Source: an uncultured virus (IMG/VR IMGVR_UViG_3300026549_001681)
Taxonomy: Duplodnaviria > Heunggongvirae > Uroviricota > Caudoviricetes
IMG/VR virus record: IMGVR_UViG_3300026549_001681
Length of the DNA: 64,000 bases
Direction: 5' to 3' (one strand)
The notes under the pieces are model-generated. The model searched no databases. It had not been told where the DNA came from and was given only the letters and a program-made list of their open reading frames with translations. Positions 29,765 through 38,655 of this stretch are shown here, piece after piece. How positions within the stretch are numbered: position 1 is the stretch's first letter; every line of letters begins with the position of its first letter. A program made the position numbers and the translations under genes.

Positions 29765-30308
29765 AACAAAGACCTCCGTTGTATCTTAAATAGTGAGCAA
29801 GAGAAAGGAGCCTTTCATCCGCTCTTGCCACATACTCGACCAGTATGTTCTGGGACGGATCGTCCGGGGGAAGGCACTCGATCAGGCCGAAAGCGTTCTT
29901 GACCGTCATGACACCCTCATCACAATGCTCAGTGATAAGCGAAGGTCCCGCGTTGACATAGGTTTTCAATGCAGGGACATATTTACCTCCGAAAGTTCCG
30001 AGTGACTCAAAGGCTTCCGGCGCATGAGGTGACTGTGCATTGAAAGTCCAGAGTCTTAAGTATATCTCGGACGGAATATCCTTAGCCGCTCCTGCGAACT
30101 CGGCAGCAGAAGCCAGTGCTCCTCCGCCGCAGGCAAGCGTGCCTGACTTAAGATACTTGGTAACAACCTCACGCCACCATCTGACTCCGCCCCAGGTACC
30201 GCTCTCCGTGACCGGATTATCCTTAAACACACGGTAAGCGAACTCTTTGGCATCAGCACCGAAGATCTGGAGTATGGTCATACAATCATTTACGTCTTCT
30301 ATCTTCAT
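29742..30308 (-). CDS. hypothetical protein
   Basis: Start re-called at MKIED after GGAGG. Confidence 0.65.
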   Translation of the reverse strand: MKIEDVNDCMTILQIFGADAKEFAYRVFKDNPVTESGTWGGVRWWREVVTKYLKSGTLACGGGALASAAEFAGAAKDIPSEIYLRLWTFNAQSPHAPEAFESLGTFGGKYVPALKTYVNAGPSLITEHCDEGVMTVKNAFGLIECLPPDDPSQNILVEYVARADERLLSLAHYLRYNGGLCYEFSNIR

Positions 30309-30312
30309 AATC

Positions 30313-30888
30313 TTAAATACCTCCGCGTCCTCTTGATTCGAGCACCCAGTTCCACACATCACATATCAGCTCCGTCTTATCCTGGGGCGATCTCGGTTCA
30401 TCTTTTCCGAAGAACTCGGCCACTTCTTTTATAGTAGGCATTTTGGATCCGGCCGCATTGCTCGGCATATTAACCCGTGCCTGCTGGTCCCGGATATCTC
30501 TTACCATCGGCAGAACGTCAACGAAGAGCTTGTCTCTTACAACACCGTACCTCTTGAAAAGTTCCTGGTAAAAACCCGCACCGAAGCAGAAGAAGAGCGT
30601 GTCATAGTCAACAACGCCCTTTTCATTCTTGCCTTTGTGGAAAAACACGGGCGCGAGCTTATCGACGGATTTGGAAAAGTCCGGTCTTCCTTTGACCATC
30701 TCATCTGTGATGCTGTTGAAGGGAGATGCGACCGAAAGCCCGTCCGATCTCGTGAATACTCCGTCGCAGATGAGCTTGTTATCTGGACAGGTCACGATCC
30801 TCAGAGCAGTGAGCTCCGTATCCTTATTATTTCTTCCGGCCACGGGAAAAGGTCCGCTCGACTCAGCGGAAATCGCATAGAACAACAT
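30313..30888 (-). CDS. Degenerate DnaQ-like 3'-5' exonuclease fold protein
   Basis: ISAESSG (cf. D.ETTG), NSITDEMVKGRPDF, FVDVL, PTIKEVAEFFG. Confidence 0.5.
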   Translation of the reverse strand: MLFYAISAESSGPFPVAGRNNKDTELTALRIVTCPDNKLICDGVFTRSDGLSVASPFNSITDEMVKGRPDFSKSVDKLAPVFFHKGKNEKGVVDYDTLFFCFGAGFYQELFKRYGVVRDKLFVDVLPMVRDIRDQQARVNMPSNAAGSKMPTIKEVAEFFGKDEPRSPQDKTELICDVWNWVLESRGRGGI

Positions 30889-30953
30889 ATTGTACCTCCG
30901 GAAATTTGCATTAAAAAACGCAAGTGATTTGCTTGCGTCAACTTTACGACTAT

Positions 30954-31010
30954 ATAATACCACAAAACGCAAAAAGGCAACAGTAGAAGAAAAAATCACC
31001 TTATTCGGGA
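30954..31010 (-). promoter_or_regulatory. Extended -10 promoter with conserved upstream 21-bp motif (copy 3)
   Basis: TGgTATTAT at 30962-30954; motif at 30990-31010. Confidence 0.65.
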
Positions 31011-31087
31011 CTTTTTGCATTGTTGCGTGTTGCATTTAACGCGATTGTAATATAGAATACCTCTTAAGAAGAAAGAGTATATACCAT

Positions 31088-31099
31088 GAACAAATGTTC
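31088..31099. promoter_or_regulatory. Putative LexA (SOS) box
   Basis: GAACAAATGTTC matches Firmicute GAAC-N4-GTTC, 35 bp before the SNF2 start. Confidence 0.5.
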
Positions 31100-31134
31100 T
31101 GGTATCAGATAAGACCAAAGGATGACCGCCCTTT

Positions 31135-32556
31135 ATGGAATTCAGACCGCACGATTACCAGAAGGCCGCTATTGATTTTATACGGGAACACGATGATTCT
31201 GCCCTGTTGCTCGATTGCGGACTTGGAAAGACCATCATAGTCCTCACCGACATTAAGGATGAGGACAAGAAGCTCGTGCTGGTCGTAGCTCCCAAGCTCG
31301 TCGTTGGTTCCTGGATCAGAGAAGTCAAGAAGTGGGACCACTTAAAAGACATTTCCATTGTCGCTATAGAAGGCAATGAAAAGCAGCGCATGGAGGCGAT
31401 CAGGACTCCGGCAAGGATCCATGTCATCTCAAGAGACAACATTGCATGGTTTGCATCTTTTTGTAATCTGAACCAATTCGACATGATCGTTATGGATGAG
31501 TCGTCTTCTTTCAAGGATGAGACCTCCCAGAGAACCAAGGCCCTTATCGGCCTTGACCACCCTAAGAAGGTCATCTTGACGGGCACTCCGATTCCGAAGA
31601 ATATCGAGGACCTGTATTCACAGTACAAGATCCTGGACGGAGGCAAAAGACTCGGAGCAGAACTCAGTGACTTCCGCAGGATGTATATGTATAAGAAAGG
31701 CCGCGTATGGAAACCTCTTCCCGGCGCACAGCAGACTGTGTTCAGACGTGTCAAGGACATCACCATCTCGATGAAGTCTGATGAGCTCCTTAATCTGCCC
31801 CCTGTTACCACGGTACGAAACGAAGTCGCGATGACAGCTGAAGAGCAGGCTGTGTTTGACCGTCTCGCCAAGGATCTTTGTCTTGAGTACAAAGGCATTG
31901 AGATCAACGTCGATAATGCAGGCGTTCTCTCGAACAAACTGGCCCAGCTCTCGAACGGTTTCTTCTATGACGAAAACAAAGTGGCACACACAGTCCATCA
32001 GCATAAGAAAGAAGAGCTTGAAGCATTGCTCGAAGCATCTGCCTGCAATGGCGAAGATGTCGTAGTCGCATATAACTTCGAAGAAGACCGAGAAAACATC
32101 ATTAAGACATGTAAAGATCTCGGTATTCCCGCTCTGGACATGAAGGAAAACAAGAATGTCGAAGCGTTCATTGCACCGGGTGACTCAAGAGTTGCCATGG
32201 TACATCCGAAGTCGGCAGGCATGGGATTAAACCTTCAGGAACACTGCCACAGACTGATCTGGTACTCCTTGCCTTACTCCTATGAAGAGTTTTACCAGAC
32301 TCTCAAAAGAGTATACAGACAGGGCCAGACAGAACACACTTTTATCCACTCGATCGAGTGCCTGAACTCCTATGACCAGAGGATCAGGGACATCGTAAAC
32401 GCAAAGGGTAACTGTAACGAGGCCCTCTTACAGACAACGAAGTGGATGGCTGATAAGGGCTTCGAACACAGAGAGGATGAAACATTTATCTTCGACCTGA
32501 ATACGATGCTCGCAGCACTGAACCAGGAAGCACAAACACAATTCATAAAGAGATAA
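31135..32556 (+). CDS. Phage-type SNF2 family helicase
   Basis: FRPHDYQ, LDCGLGKT, DESS.FK, LTGTP, SAGMGLNLQ, RVYRQGQ. Confidence 0.92.
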   Translation: MEFRPHDYQKAAIDFIREHDDSALLLDCGLGKTIIVLTDIKDEDKKLVLVVAPKLVVGSWIREVKKWDHLKDISIVAIEGNEKQRMEAIRTPARIHVISRDNIAWFASFCNLNQFDMIVMDESSSFKDETSQRTKALIGLDHPKKVILTGTPIPKNIEDLYSQYKILDGGKRLGAELSDFRRMYMYKKGRVWKPLPGAQQTVFRRVKDITISMKSDELLNLPPVTTVRNEVAMTAEEQAVFDRLAKDLCLEYKGIEINVDNAGVLSNKLAQLSNGFFYDENKVAHTVHQHKKEELEALLEASACNGEDVVVAYNFEEDRENIIKTCKDLGIPALDMKENKNVEAFIAPGDSRVAMVHPKSAGMGLNLQEHCHRLIWYSLPYSYEEFYQTLKRVYRQGQTEHTFIHSIECLNSYDQRIRDIVNAKGNCNEALLQTTKWMADKGFEHREDETFIFDLNTMLAALNQEAQTQFIKR

Positions 32557-32577
32557 GACCTTAAAGGAGGAAAGACC

Positions 32578-32907
32578 ATGAACCGTTACTGTCCGATCAA
32601 CACCGACAACCCGAAAGTCAGATTATTGGATTCCATTATCCGTCTTCCTGACAAGTATACTCCCAGCATGAACAGGGAAGCCAAAGCAATAAGGGACAGC
32701 CTTCCCGAATTATCGTTGGCCGTTCTGCGTTCAAAGAACAGGGCATCCATCGTCTGCGCCGTTATGGGAACAGGATGGGAACCTATGCCTGACAATCCCT
32801 ACTTCGACAGATACGAAAGCGGCAGAGTCTATAAGGAAGCAATAACCAGGCTCGCAGACTATCTGGAAAAGACCGGCGCACTCTACGAAGGCCTCATCAT
32901 TGCTTAA
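32578..32907 (+). CDS. hypothetical protein
   Basis: AGGAGG RBS; plus-strand operon. Confidence 0.65.
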   Translation: MNRYCPINTDNPKVRLLDSIIRLPDKYTPSMNREAKAIRDSLPELSLAVLRSKNRASIVCAVMGTGWEPMPDNPYFDRYESGRVYKEAITRLADYLEKTGALYEGLIIA

Positions 32908-32921
32908 GGAGTAACGGTAAT

Positions 32922-33626
32922 ATGGACGAATTCCTGAGAAAACCAAACAGGTCAAAACTTGACCTGATATTCAAAGAGCTGGACAAAGCGACCGGTACCA
33001 AGCTGACAAAGCGTTATCAGGAGTGGCTTGGCATAATGGATGCAGCGCACGTCAGTTACAGAAGGGAAATCCCGGCCGGAATATCCGACTGCGTTAACTT
33101 TCTCGTAAAAAGAGAAGACATCGAGGAGTGGCTTGATGCGGAAGATCTCTACTCACCGGCGCCGCCAAACAGGTACATCATACACAATGAGGATCTCGCA
33201 GATTATGACTGTGGTATAGCTTACTTTTTTCGGCATAAGAACGAGGTCAAGTCGAGAATCAAGAGATTGGAAAACATTCTCAACACTGATCCGGGAGACA
33301 GATACGCGGGAAGCAAGAACCCGTACGATGATGTTCATATCGAGTTCTCTCCCGAAAGACAGACAGCAAGAATGGTCGTTGATGCCAAGCTCCCTGTTAC
33401 GCTGGAGAAGTTAAGACATAAGAGGATCGTCTATAACCGCATCATCACCTATGTCACGGTCCAGAGCTTGGGGCTGGATGCCATGAAGGTCCTGGATGAA
33501 TTTCTCTTTGATACACAATGCGGAAAAGACATTTCTCAGATAAAGAAGATCGTTGAAGGCAAACTGAAGTGGCTCGAACACGAACAGTGTTCAAGACGCG
33601 GTATTGAATGGAAAGAGAGTCCTTGA
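32922..33626 (+). CDS. hypothetical protein
   Basis: 234-aa ORF with RBS. Confidence 0.65.
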   Translation: MDEFLRKPNRSKLDLIFKELDKATGTKLTKRYQEWLGIMDAAHVSYRREIPAGISDCVNFLVKREDIEEWLDAEDLYSPAPPNRYIIHNEDLADYDCGIAYFFRHKNEVKSRIKRLENILNTDPGDRYAGSKNPYDDVHIEFSPERQTARMVVDAKLPVTLEKLRHKRIVYNRIITYVTVQSLGLDAMKVLDEFLFDTQCGKDISQIKKIVEGKLKWLEHEQCSRRGIEWKESP

Positions 33627-33631
33627 GGTAA

Positions 33632-34075
33632 ATGGCTATGACAGGAACCAACAAGAAGATTGATATAGTCTTTCCGGAAAAGGACAGCTCACACCTTGAT
33701 GCTCTTTTCCGGGAATACCAGCAGCAATTACAAGAGCTCAAGTTCCGTCAGTACCAGGAATATAACCGCCGGGAAAATAAGAACTTAGTGCTTCTCATAG
33801 GTTTTTTCACGCTTTCGTTCATTTTGTTCTTAATCGCTTTGGTAAGCGTAGGCGTGTCCGGGAACACTCTCCTCAACACAGTATTTGGAGCACTGACCAT
33901 TTGTAGTGTGATAATTACATGTGTCTTTTCCGAAAGAGACAGAACCATCAAAACGGAAAGACAGAATTGGTCCTCCCAAATCTGTGATGAAGCATCCCAA
34001 CTTGGTTTTTCTCTTACCTCGGACGATGTATATGCCATTATGGAAGGCAATTTCAAGGATTTAAGCGGAGGATAA
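33632..34075 (+). CDS. two-TM membrane protein
   Basis: Two hydrophobic helices. Confidence 0.65.
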   Translation: MAMTGTNKKIDIVFPEKDSSHLDALFREYQQQLQELKFRQYQEYNRRENKNLVLLIGFFTLSFILFLIALVSVGVSGNTLLNTVFGALTICSVIITCVFSERDRTIKTERQNWSSQICDEASQLGFSLTSDDVYAIMEGNFKDLSGG

Positions 34076-34079
34076 GACC

Positions 34080-34418
34080 ATGACATCGATGACCACTACC
34101 TTTAACCGCCTGAAAGAACAGTTCTTAAGAGCTTTAGACGGCGAACTTCTGTCAGGCGACGGCGAAACGTATAAGGAAGCATCTGAAGCAGATTGCAGAG
34201 CACAGGCAATATCCATCTTTGATTATGTAGTCTGTGCAGCATTGGAAGCAGCTCAGAGCGGAAGAGCTTTGGAGAAAGTGATGGAATCAAACGGTGTCAA
34301 TCCGAGAGATCCGCAGATCTTCAAGGACTATCAGCACTTCGTTATTAAGGATGAAAAAGAATATAAGACCAGGGAAGAATACCACTTTGGTGATAAGGAG
34401 GATTCCAATGACTTTTGA
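34080..34418 (+). CDS. hypothetical protein
   Basis: GGAGG RBS. Confidence 0.6.
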   Translation: MTSMTTTFNRLKEQFLRALDGELLSGDGETYKEASEADCRAQAISIFDYVVCAALEAAQSGRALEKVMESNGVNPRDPQIFKDYQHFVIKDEKEYKTREEYHFGDKEDSNDF

Positions 34419-34833
34419 TTCTTTAAGGGATTTTTTTATTGTAGCACTCTATGTGGCAGGAAGTGCAACCGTTGCGTTGGGCGCTATCTCTTTGATACGA
34501 ACTATTTTGGAAATGGCGGCGGGCAATGATGCGGTTGTACCCGGGATTGTTTCGGAAAGGATGCAAAGTGCCTGGAAGCAATCTACACGAAAATGGATAT
34601 TGCGTACAGTTGTTTTATGTTCTGTCGGGACCTTACTGCTCGGCTCCGGAATCTGGGGACGAAAAACAGTTGAGGAACGTCGTTGGAATCAGGCAATAGG
34701 CGAAAATTATACATTTTATATTGACGGTGTGCAGGTTAACCCTGACACGATCGTTCAAAGCGACTATAAGATAACTTACGATGATGAAAACAAAAATGTA
34801 ATGATGACTCGGTCAGACAGAAGACCTTGGTGA
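34408..34833 (+). CDS. two-TM membrane protein
   Basis: Start MTFDS after AGGAGG. Confidence 0.6.
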   Translation: MTFDSLRDFFIVALYVAGSATVALGAISLIRTILEMAAGNDAVVPGIVSERMQSAWKQSTRKWILRTVVLCSVGTLLLGSGIWGRKTVEERRWNQAIGENYTFYIDGVQVNPDTIVQSDYKITYDDENKNVMMTRSDRRPW

Positions 34834-34871
34834 TTCATATAAGATCAGTCGAGACGAAGGAGGATTTATTC

Positions 34872-35159
34872 ATGATTAACATTCTATTCAGAACAAACGA
34901 AGAAAACCTGCCCAGCACTCTTTGCCTGGACACTGCTGTCTCAGTCTATATGTCTACTGATAACAGGATCATAATAGAGACCACAGGAGACGATTACATT
35001 TCAGCCAAAACGATCACGGCAGCGGATTTTGAAGTTCTTATCCGTGCAGCTTTTATGGGCGGCAGCATTGATCTGTCAGACAATGACCGTTTCGGCTTGT
35101 TTGACTTTTACGAGTCTTACGAAGATGAAGATGCTGAAGATATGGATTCCGAAGTTTAA
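34872..35159 (+). CDS. acidic hypothetical protein
   Basis: Start MINIL after AGGAGG. Confidence 0.6.
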   Translation: MINILFRTNEENLPSTLCLDTAVSVYMSTDNRIIIETTGDDYISAKTITAADFEVLIRAAFMGGSIDLSDNDRFGLFDFYESYEDEDAEDMDSEV

Positions 35160-35173
35160 GGAGACATTGAAGT

Positions 35174-35494
35174 ATGTTGACACTGCCGATCAAAAAACAG
35201 TGGTATGACATGATACTTTCCGGCGAGAAAAAAGAGGAGTATAGGGAGATCAAGCCGTATTACACCAAGCGCTTTCTCAGCTGCGGACTTCTGAAAGAAT
35301 CCGATATTCCGGAAGATGGAAAGATAAAGATATGCCCGAGCGGCCCGGCCATAATACGACTCAGGAACGGGTACTCGGCATCCTCACCGTCGTTTGATGT
35401 CATCTGCAATCTGAAGATAGGCGAAGGCAAAGCTGAATGGGGCGCCACGCCCGGAGAAAAATACTACATTTTGGAGATCCTGAGTATTGAATAA
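35174..35494 (+). CDS. ASCH domain protein
   Basis: LTLPIKKQWYDMILSGEKKEEYRE...RNGY...WGA. Confidence 0.85.
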   Translation: MLTLPIKKQWYDMILSGEKKEEYREIKPYYTKRFLSCGLLKESDIPEDGKIKICPSGPAIIRLRNGYSASSPSFDVICNLKIGEGKAEWGATPGEKYYILEILSIE

Positions 35495-35519
35495 ATCAAT
35501 GTGTCATTGTATAATGACA
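35487..35519 (+). promoter_or_regulatory. sigma-A promoter with palindromic operator TGTCATT-N4-AATGACA
   Basis: TTGAAT-17-TATAAT; palindrome at 35502-35519. Confidence 0.75.
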
Positions 35520-35554
35520 TTACAAACGAAGAATAAGACCGAAGGAGGTAACAG

Positions 35555-36841
35555 ATGTTGCAGACCAATGAGACCACATCCGAGTTTTACATCGGAAATA
35601 ACATTGTCATAGATGACACAGAAATGATGCTCTCGATCCTTGAAAAGGAGACCGGGCTTGAAAACATTGACTTAAAAGACATGGCCGAATTCGTTGAAAG
35701 CCAGAAAGCCACAAAGTTTTATTTTGACAGAGCCCTCAATGGAAAGAATATCCTTGACTCAAGATCAGACATTGAATATCTCTGGGTGGATACGGGATTT
35801 CTGGATACAAGAGACAGGCCTCTTTTCCTCTCTCTCATCAATCATAAAGGGTATTTTTCCGGACATTTCATCGGCACTGCACATTACCTTGCAGGCACCG
35901 TAATCAAATATTATCCCGAGAACAAAAACAAAGTCATTGAAAACGAAGATAGATTCAAAGAAAAATACAAAAGAAAGATCGCAGACAGAGAGATACCGAA
36001 CCTTATGGGAAGATATCATGCGATCACCGAGATAAAGACAAATGCAAAGCCGGAAGCTGCAACGGTTACTGTTGCAAGCAGAGAAGCAAAGATCAGGGAA
36101 TACTGGGACAGCAAGCCGCTGGACATCACCAATGATATCGCAGAGATCCTCCTGGTAAACAACTGGCAGAGCATCAGGGGCCTCGACAGATATATCAAGA
36201 TCATCGGCGTCAGGATCCCGCAGCTTATAGAGCAGAATAAGACGGATTACTTCCGCCTCAACCATATCAGATCCGCAGCGGTCAACACCGGCCTTATTGA
36301 CAAATACGGTTCATCCGTCTGTGTCATCTACCGCAAGCACCTCTCGTTCAATCTCTATACGCCCCAGTGCATCATTGAGAGAAAGTCCGACTATGTAAGA
36401 GAAGGTTTTGAAGCAGGAGCAGACGACCTAAAACCTGTCACTTTCATGAACGACGAAGTCTTTGATGCCACGGCAGAGACACTGGATATTTCGCCGCGTG
36501 CCCTGGGACACATCATCGAGGAGAGGAAAGACAGGTTCCCGGAAGAAGCAAGAACACTTTCCGAAATGGCTATCGCCGGCAAGATCAGAAACGCCATCGA
36601 TATCGGACTCAAGTTCCAAAGCTGCGACCAGACATACGTTAAGCCGAGTTATTCCGGCAGAGACGGTAAGATCGCATGGCTCATGCCTCTTCACATCAAC
36701 AGGGAAGTGACAGAAGAACCCGAGCTCGTTCTCGTCATTGTTAAAAACGGTCAGTTCTATGAGATCAAGACCATCCTGCCTTATGATGAATTCGTCAAAG
36801 ACAAACTGACTGCACTCTCACTCTATGGCAGGCTTTGGTAA
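35555..36841 (+). CDS. DUF3825 domain protein
   Basis: NTGL.D; HII.E..DRFP; P.Y....KI.WLMPL; LVLV...YE.KTIL. Confidence 0.7.
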   Translation: MLQTNETTSEFYIGNNIVIDDTEMMLSILEKETGLENIDLKDMAEFVESQKATKFYFDRALNGKNILDSRSDIEYLWVDTGFLDTRDRPLFLSLINHKGYFSGHFIGTAHYLAGTVIKYYPENKNKVIENEDRFKEKYKRKIADREIPNLMGRYHAITEIKTNAKPEAATVTVASREAKIREYWDSKPLDITNDIAEILLVNNWQSIRGLDRYIKIIGVRIPQLIEQNKTDYFRLNHIRSAAVNTGLIDKYGSSVCVIYRKHLSFNLYTPQCIIERKSDYVREGFEAGADDLKPVTFMNDEVFDATAETLDISPRALGHIIEERKDRFPEEARTLSEMAIAGKIRNAIDIGLKFQSCDQTYVKPSYSGRDGKIAWLMPLHINREVTEEPELVLVIVKNGQFYEIKTILPYDEFVKDKLTALSLYGRLW

Positions 36842-36905
36842 GAAGAAGCCGGTTATACTTTCTGCGACGTTTATGGCAATTTAACAGGAAACAGATGATA
36901 ATACT

Positions 36906-38588
36906 ATGACCAAACTTATTGGATACGATCAGCTTAGAGATTACCAGAAAGACTGTGTTGATACTCTCAATAAGATCGAGAGCGGAAAGCACCTTGTCCA
37001 GATGGCGACAGGGCTTGGTAAGACCGTGGTATTTTCAAACATCAACCGTCCCGGTCGTACTCTCGTGCTCGCTCACAGGGAAGAGCTCATCAACCAGCCT
37101 GTAAAATACTTCGACTGTCCTGTCGGATTTGAACAGGCAGGGAGAAGATCTAACGGTGAAGAAGTTGTCTGTGCCTCTGTCCAGTCTCTTGTAAGGAGAC
37201 TCGATAGATTTCAGCCTGACGATTTTGACATGATTATCACTGACGAGGCCCACCATGCCGTAGCGCCTTCGTACAGGAAGATATATGAGTATTTCAGACC
37301 GAGAGTCCACTTCGGATTTACCGCCACGCCTAACAGAGGCGATAAGCAGGGCTTGGGCCAGATCTACGATGACATCGTCTTTGAAAAAGACATCAGGTGG
37401 GGTATCGCCAATAACTATCTCACGGACATTAAATGTTTCCGTATCGACATTGGTTTCGATATCTCCAAGGTCAAGAGAAATAAAGACGATTACAACCTTC
37501 ACGACCTTGCTGCCGCAGTGGATATCACCGAGCAGAATGAAGCTATTGCTGAAGCGTATGAAAAATACCGTGTCGGACAGACATTGATATTTGCCACAAC
37601 GGTACAGCACGCACATAATATCGCAGAACTTATTCCCGGCGCAGTCGTTGTATCGGCGGATACACCGAACAGGGATCAGATAATACAAGACTTCACGGAC
37701 CGTAAATTCCCGTGCCTTGTTAACTGTATGGTCTTTACCGAAGGCACGGATATGCCTCTTATCGAGACCATCATCATAGCAAGGCCTACGAAGAACTCCG
37801 CACTCTATACGCAGATGATCGGCAGAGGTCTCCGCCTGTATCCGGGAAAGGAATACTTAACGCTCCTCGACTGTGTCGGAGCATCGGGTAAGAACGATAT
37901 CTGCACGGCTCCCGACCTCTTCGGTATCAAGATCACCAAGAAACAGTACGAGTCCATCAGCAAGGAAAAAGAAGACGACGGCATCATGCTGACAGAGATC
38001 GAGCCTGAGATGAACAGGCACTACGCTTGGAAGATCAATGCGACAGAGATCAATCTGTTCGAGAAGGAGAAGAATGTCAGCACTCACGGTGTCAATTTCA
38101 CCAAGCTCCCGTCAGGCGGATTCCTTTTGTCTATGTCTGGATACTTGGATCGTATTATCGGCGAAGACGGCAAGCCGCACTTGGTAAGACAAGCTAAAGA
38201 AGGTGCCGAGAAAAAGACACTCTTTGTCGGCATAAAGATCCTGGTATCAGCACCCGATCTCCTGGATAAGAGCAGGATCGTCAAAGAAGTAAGAGTCGGG
38301 AACCAGTTCAAGAGGGAAGTCAGCGAGCCTATGGACATCGGCATTGCATTTGGCACCGTCTGGCGGACACTGAATAAGACTGAGATATATCAGCCTTTCA
38401 GAAAGCTCTGGGACAGAAGAGGCAACATCTGGGAATATGACCTTGCTTCAGACAAACAGAAAGCTCTGATTAAGCGAAAGATGAATCCCAAACTCATTGC
38501 CGGAGTCGATTACGACACACTCACCAAGGGCGAGGCGGGAAGGATCCTGGATATCCTTTCAGGCAATAATGTAATGACAGGGTTTTGA
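36906..38588 (+). CDS. DEAH-box SF2 helicase (ResIII/Irc3-like)
   Basis: LRDYQ, MATGLGKT, DEAHH, FTATP.R, TEGTD.P, QMIGRGLR. Confidence 0.9.
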   Translation: MTKLIGYDQLRDYQKDCVDTLNKIESGKHLVQMATGLGKTVVFSNINRPGRTLVLAHREELINQPVKYFDCPVGFEQAGRRSNGEEVVCASVQSLVRRLDRFQPDDFDMIITDEAHHAVAPSYRKIYEYFRPRVHFGFTATPNRGDKQGLGQIYDDIVFEKDIRWGIANNYLTDIKCFRIDIGFDISKVKRNKDDYNLHDLAAAVDITEQNEAIAEAYEKYRVGQTLIFATTVQHAHNIAELIPGAVVVSADTPNRDQIIQDFTDRKFPCLVNCMVFTEGTDMPLIETIIIARPTKNSALYTQMIGRGLRLYPGKEYLTLLDCVGASGKNDICTAPDLFGIKITKKQYESISKEKEDDGIMLTEIEPEMNRHYAWKINATEINLFEKEKNVSTHGVNFTKLPSGGFLLSMSGYLDRIIGEDGKPHLVRQAKEGAEKKTLFVGIKILVSAPDLLDKSRIVKEVRVGNQFKREVSEPMDIGIAFGTVWRTLNKTEIYQPFRKLWDRRGNIWEYDLASDKQKALIKRKMNPKLIAGVDYDTLTKGEAGRILDILSGNNVMTGF

Positions 38589-38655
38589 ATGGTCCGATTA
38601 AAGGCACGCGCAGTCAAAAGAACTGTGCTATCGTAGATATATTTAGAGGTACACG

